Assembly (NCBI GenBank): GCA_004431415.1
Contig: QPMI01000079.1
Span: forward strand, 62,001 to 126,000
Origin: Cyanophora paradoxa CCMP329
Taxonomy: Eukaryota; Plantae; Glaucophyta
DNA: 64,000 nucleotides
Direction of reading: 5' to 3'
Shown: piece after piece, positions 61,701 through 64,000 of the stretch
Layout of the letters: every line of letters begins with the position of its first letter
Numbering within the stretch: the first letter of the stretch is position 1
The notes under the pieces: generated by a model
What the model saw: the letters and a program-made list of their open reading frames with translations, nothing else
Database searches by the model: none
What the model was told of the DNA's origin: nothing
Position numbers and translations under genes: made by a program

Positions 61701-63953
61701 GCCCCCAGCCCGCCCCGCCCCGCCCCGCACGAGGAAGTCAAACTCGAAGCTCAAACTAGAAGAAGATTAAAAGGCGCTTGCGCCCTGCGGGCAGGCTGCT
61801 CTTTGGGGGTATCTGTATAAGAACGCCTAACTAATCAGCGCCTAACATAAGATCGCCTAACAAACGCCTAGTAAGACCGCCTATTACACGTAAGCGGCCA
61901 CTAAGAGAGCCGCGGGGCGTTCCTAATATAAGCCTAACATAAGATTACTAGGCGTTCTAATAAACGCCTGATAAGAGCGGCTAACAAGGGGCCGGGCGGG
62001 CAGGGTGCTCTTCGGGGCGATCTTCGGGGCGGGGATGCGCCTCACCGCGCGCCTCGACGACGACGCCGGCGACCTCCGCCTTGGTCCGCCCCCCTCCGCT
62101 TCGATTTGCATTTCCCCGTCACAATTTTCCAATTTCCCTGAATTTCACCGCTGCACTCTTCGGGCTGGACCCCCCTCTGCTCTGACGCTCCTCGGCTCCC
62201 TCGGGCAGCGTGCGGGCGGGCGACGCTGGCGGCGCGCCTCGCGCAGCTCTCCCGCGAGTTCGTCCTCTCCGCTGCCGCCCAGGTGCCCCGTACCCCCCCT
62301 CTTCTCTCCCCCCCCCCAACCTCGCCTGGCCCCGGACCAGCTGTGTCTAAATATATATTCCTGACGCGGCCCGCGGCTTGGGGCAGCACGGGGTGGTGAC
62401 GCCGGGGCTGCGGGGGCGCGTGGCGGCGGACGCGGCGGCGCTGCGGGGCGCCCACGCGCGGCTCGTCTCCGGCGGCCGCCCCTCCTACCCGCCCCTCGCC
62501 GACCTCACCTACCGGTCCGCTCCGCCCCAGCCCTCGCTTCTCTGTTCCGCCTCTCCGGCTTACTGGAACTCAACCTCTGGCTCGCGCTCCTCTAAACTGG
62601 ACTTCGATTTATCTAATCCCCGCTAAATCGTCTAAACTGGACTTCGATTTATCTTATCTCTGTCTTACTGTGCCTTGCCCTTTGGCTCGCGCTCCTCCCG
62701 CGCATTGCAGGGCCTCCTGCATGCGCCCCGAGCGGGCCCTCTGCGACCTGACCTCCTCCATCGACCGGTGACCCCGCCCCAGCCCGTGCCCGAGCGCGGC
62801 GCCGGCGCCCCGGAGCACCGGTCGCCTGATCGCGGGCCCCGCGCGCGCCTCAGGCCGGCGGTCTCCAACGGGCTAGACGCCGCCCTCTCCTACCTCCTCG
62901 ACCAGGTGCCCCCGCGCAGGCCCCGGCGCTCTACGAAAATGCGAGAGGCCCAGCGCGAAGATCAGCGCGAAAATGCGCTGCGAAAACGAAACTCTCGCTC
63001 GCAAAAGAGCGCGAAAGAGCGCAAAAGTTAGCAACACCAAGCATGGGGCTGCAGCTTCCTATCACCGCGAACCAACCGGGCGCCCCGGCGGGGCCTGACC
63101 CGCCGTGTCTTCGCGATCGCAGGCTGACCTGCTGGTGGCGGACGGCGTGGCGGCCGGCGGGGCGCCCCCCGACGCCCTCGCCAACCCCAGGCGAGGCCGC
63201 CCCGCCCCTAAGCTCAAGCTGAACCTCGCGTCTGAGCTTAGTTGAACTCGGCAGGTTCCGGTTCGTGTGGGAGATCGGGCTGCGGGACGTGATGGACGGC
63301 CTCCGCTCCGCCGTTGCACTCTACCGAGAGGCAAGCCGATGGATCTTGTTCTAAGCTCTCTCTTAATTTATTGATAGGCTCTCTAGCTCTGTACGATGAT
63401 TACTCTAAGCTCGAGCTCGAGCTCGAGCTTCGTTTCTTTCGTAACTGAACCCGCACTTGCAGGCCGCCGCCGCCGCCGAGAGCGCGCTGGTGCGTGGCCG
63501 CGACCAGCGGCGTGTAATACAATGCGTGTGCAGCCGCACAGCTGAACGGCGCTCAGGTGCCGGTGCACGGGGCGCTGATGGGTGTCACGCTGGCGGCCCT
63601 CGCCGGCATGTTTGTCTTCCTCTTCCGTGCGCCCGCTCACCTGAGCTCTGATCTCGTCCGAGTTAAACTCCGCTCTACCACGGTCTCGATCTTGAATTCG
63701 CGCCGGCAGGCCCGATGGTCACGCGGCTGCGGGACGAGACGCGGCGCACCCGCCGCATGCTGCAGGTGCTCGACAGCAACAATTTCTAAAAGCCTTCAGC
63801 GATGTCGTAGCATATATAGCCACGGCCCAGCGCCCGGACCTTTTTGAATATTTAAATCGGGCGCGCGGGCAGATGATCCCAGACGAGGTGGCGGAGAAGG
63901 TGGACGCCATCAAGGAGTACCTCGACAAGTGCGCCACCGAGGGCGCCGCCTGA
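47506..63953 (+). CDS. TmcB-like / FixL-like multi-PAS polytopic membrane protein (many short exons)
   Basis: N-terminal TM block (VLNVIVDFLQLLVFPL...YLTLRHLPY-YSKHMNELRSALY), then MDLVSYVEFQ and about five PAS repeats (e.g. LMPAPYSQYHQGYLDRYMRTGEEH-VVGQKRTVTGKHKSGATFPIMLE). Later VRAERDSIMGLFL-RIPKATV, and C-terminus FRPMVTRLRDETRRTRRMLQMIPDEVAEKVDAIKEYL...*. Confidence 0.82.
49120..49445 (+). repeat. Polypyrimidine / (CT)n low-complexity tract inside an intron
   Basis: About 320 nt of almost pure C/T including (CT)n. Confidence 0.9.
61817..61990 (+). repeat. Degenerate AT-rich minisatellite (~12-15-bp unit, TAAGANCGCCTA) in an intron
   Basis: taagaacgccta, taatcagcgccta, taagatcgccta, taagaccgccta, taataaacgcctg, taagagcggcta. 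Confidence 0.7.
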
Positions 63954-64000
63954 CCATGACCCCCGGGCCCCGCGGCTTAGGCCTCCGCGCGCGGCCTATC

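Noticed and set aside
61817-61990. Interstitial telomere repeat (CCTAA)
   Set aside because: Units are irregular 12-15-mers, not tandem CCCTAA/CCCTAAA.
1-64000. tRNA, rRNA or snRNA genes
   Set aside because: None recognisable by eye; a covariance-model scan would be needed to exclude them.

Overview
GC-rich, intron-dense eukaryotic nuclear DNA. Introns are mostly short, with CTGAC/CTCAC/CTGAG branch motifs, no polypyrimidine tract and frequent GC donors. This style would fit an algal/protist genome such as a glaucophyte, which is inference only. Most long ORFs in the supplied track are antisense or GC artefacts; real genes had to be spliced by eye, so inner exon limits are approximate. Genes in order: FtsX/MacB-type permease (-, runs off the left edge), a triplicated F-box/LRR locus (two dead 5' copies, one intact), ankyrin + divergent SET protein (-), GBF1/GNOM-type Sec7 ARF-GEF (+), a second F-box protein lying between two copies of the GBF1 3' end, a small Cys/acidic gene (-), an LCAT/PLA-type lipase (-), a lipid-anchored PAS protein with fully degenerate histidine-kinase/receiver domains (+), a repeat/relic zone at 38.7-47 kb, and a 16.4-kb TmcB/FixL-like multi-PAS membrane protein (+). 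The relic zone holds a MITE end, an Ada-type Zn domain exon, a foreign-looking Ser/Pro/Arg ORF and a LINE tail with TSD. The most notable signal is a recurrent mutational signature seen by comparing paralogous copies: 6-bp insertions that turn a 3-mer s into s-revcomp(s)-s, which would explain the arrays of overlapping palindromes throughout the non-coding DNA. Also notable are repeated A-X-A structures in which 0.2-1.5 kb of host sequence is duplicated on both sides of an unrelated segment.
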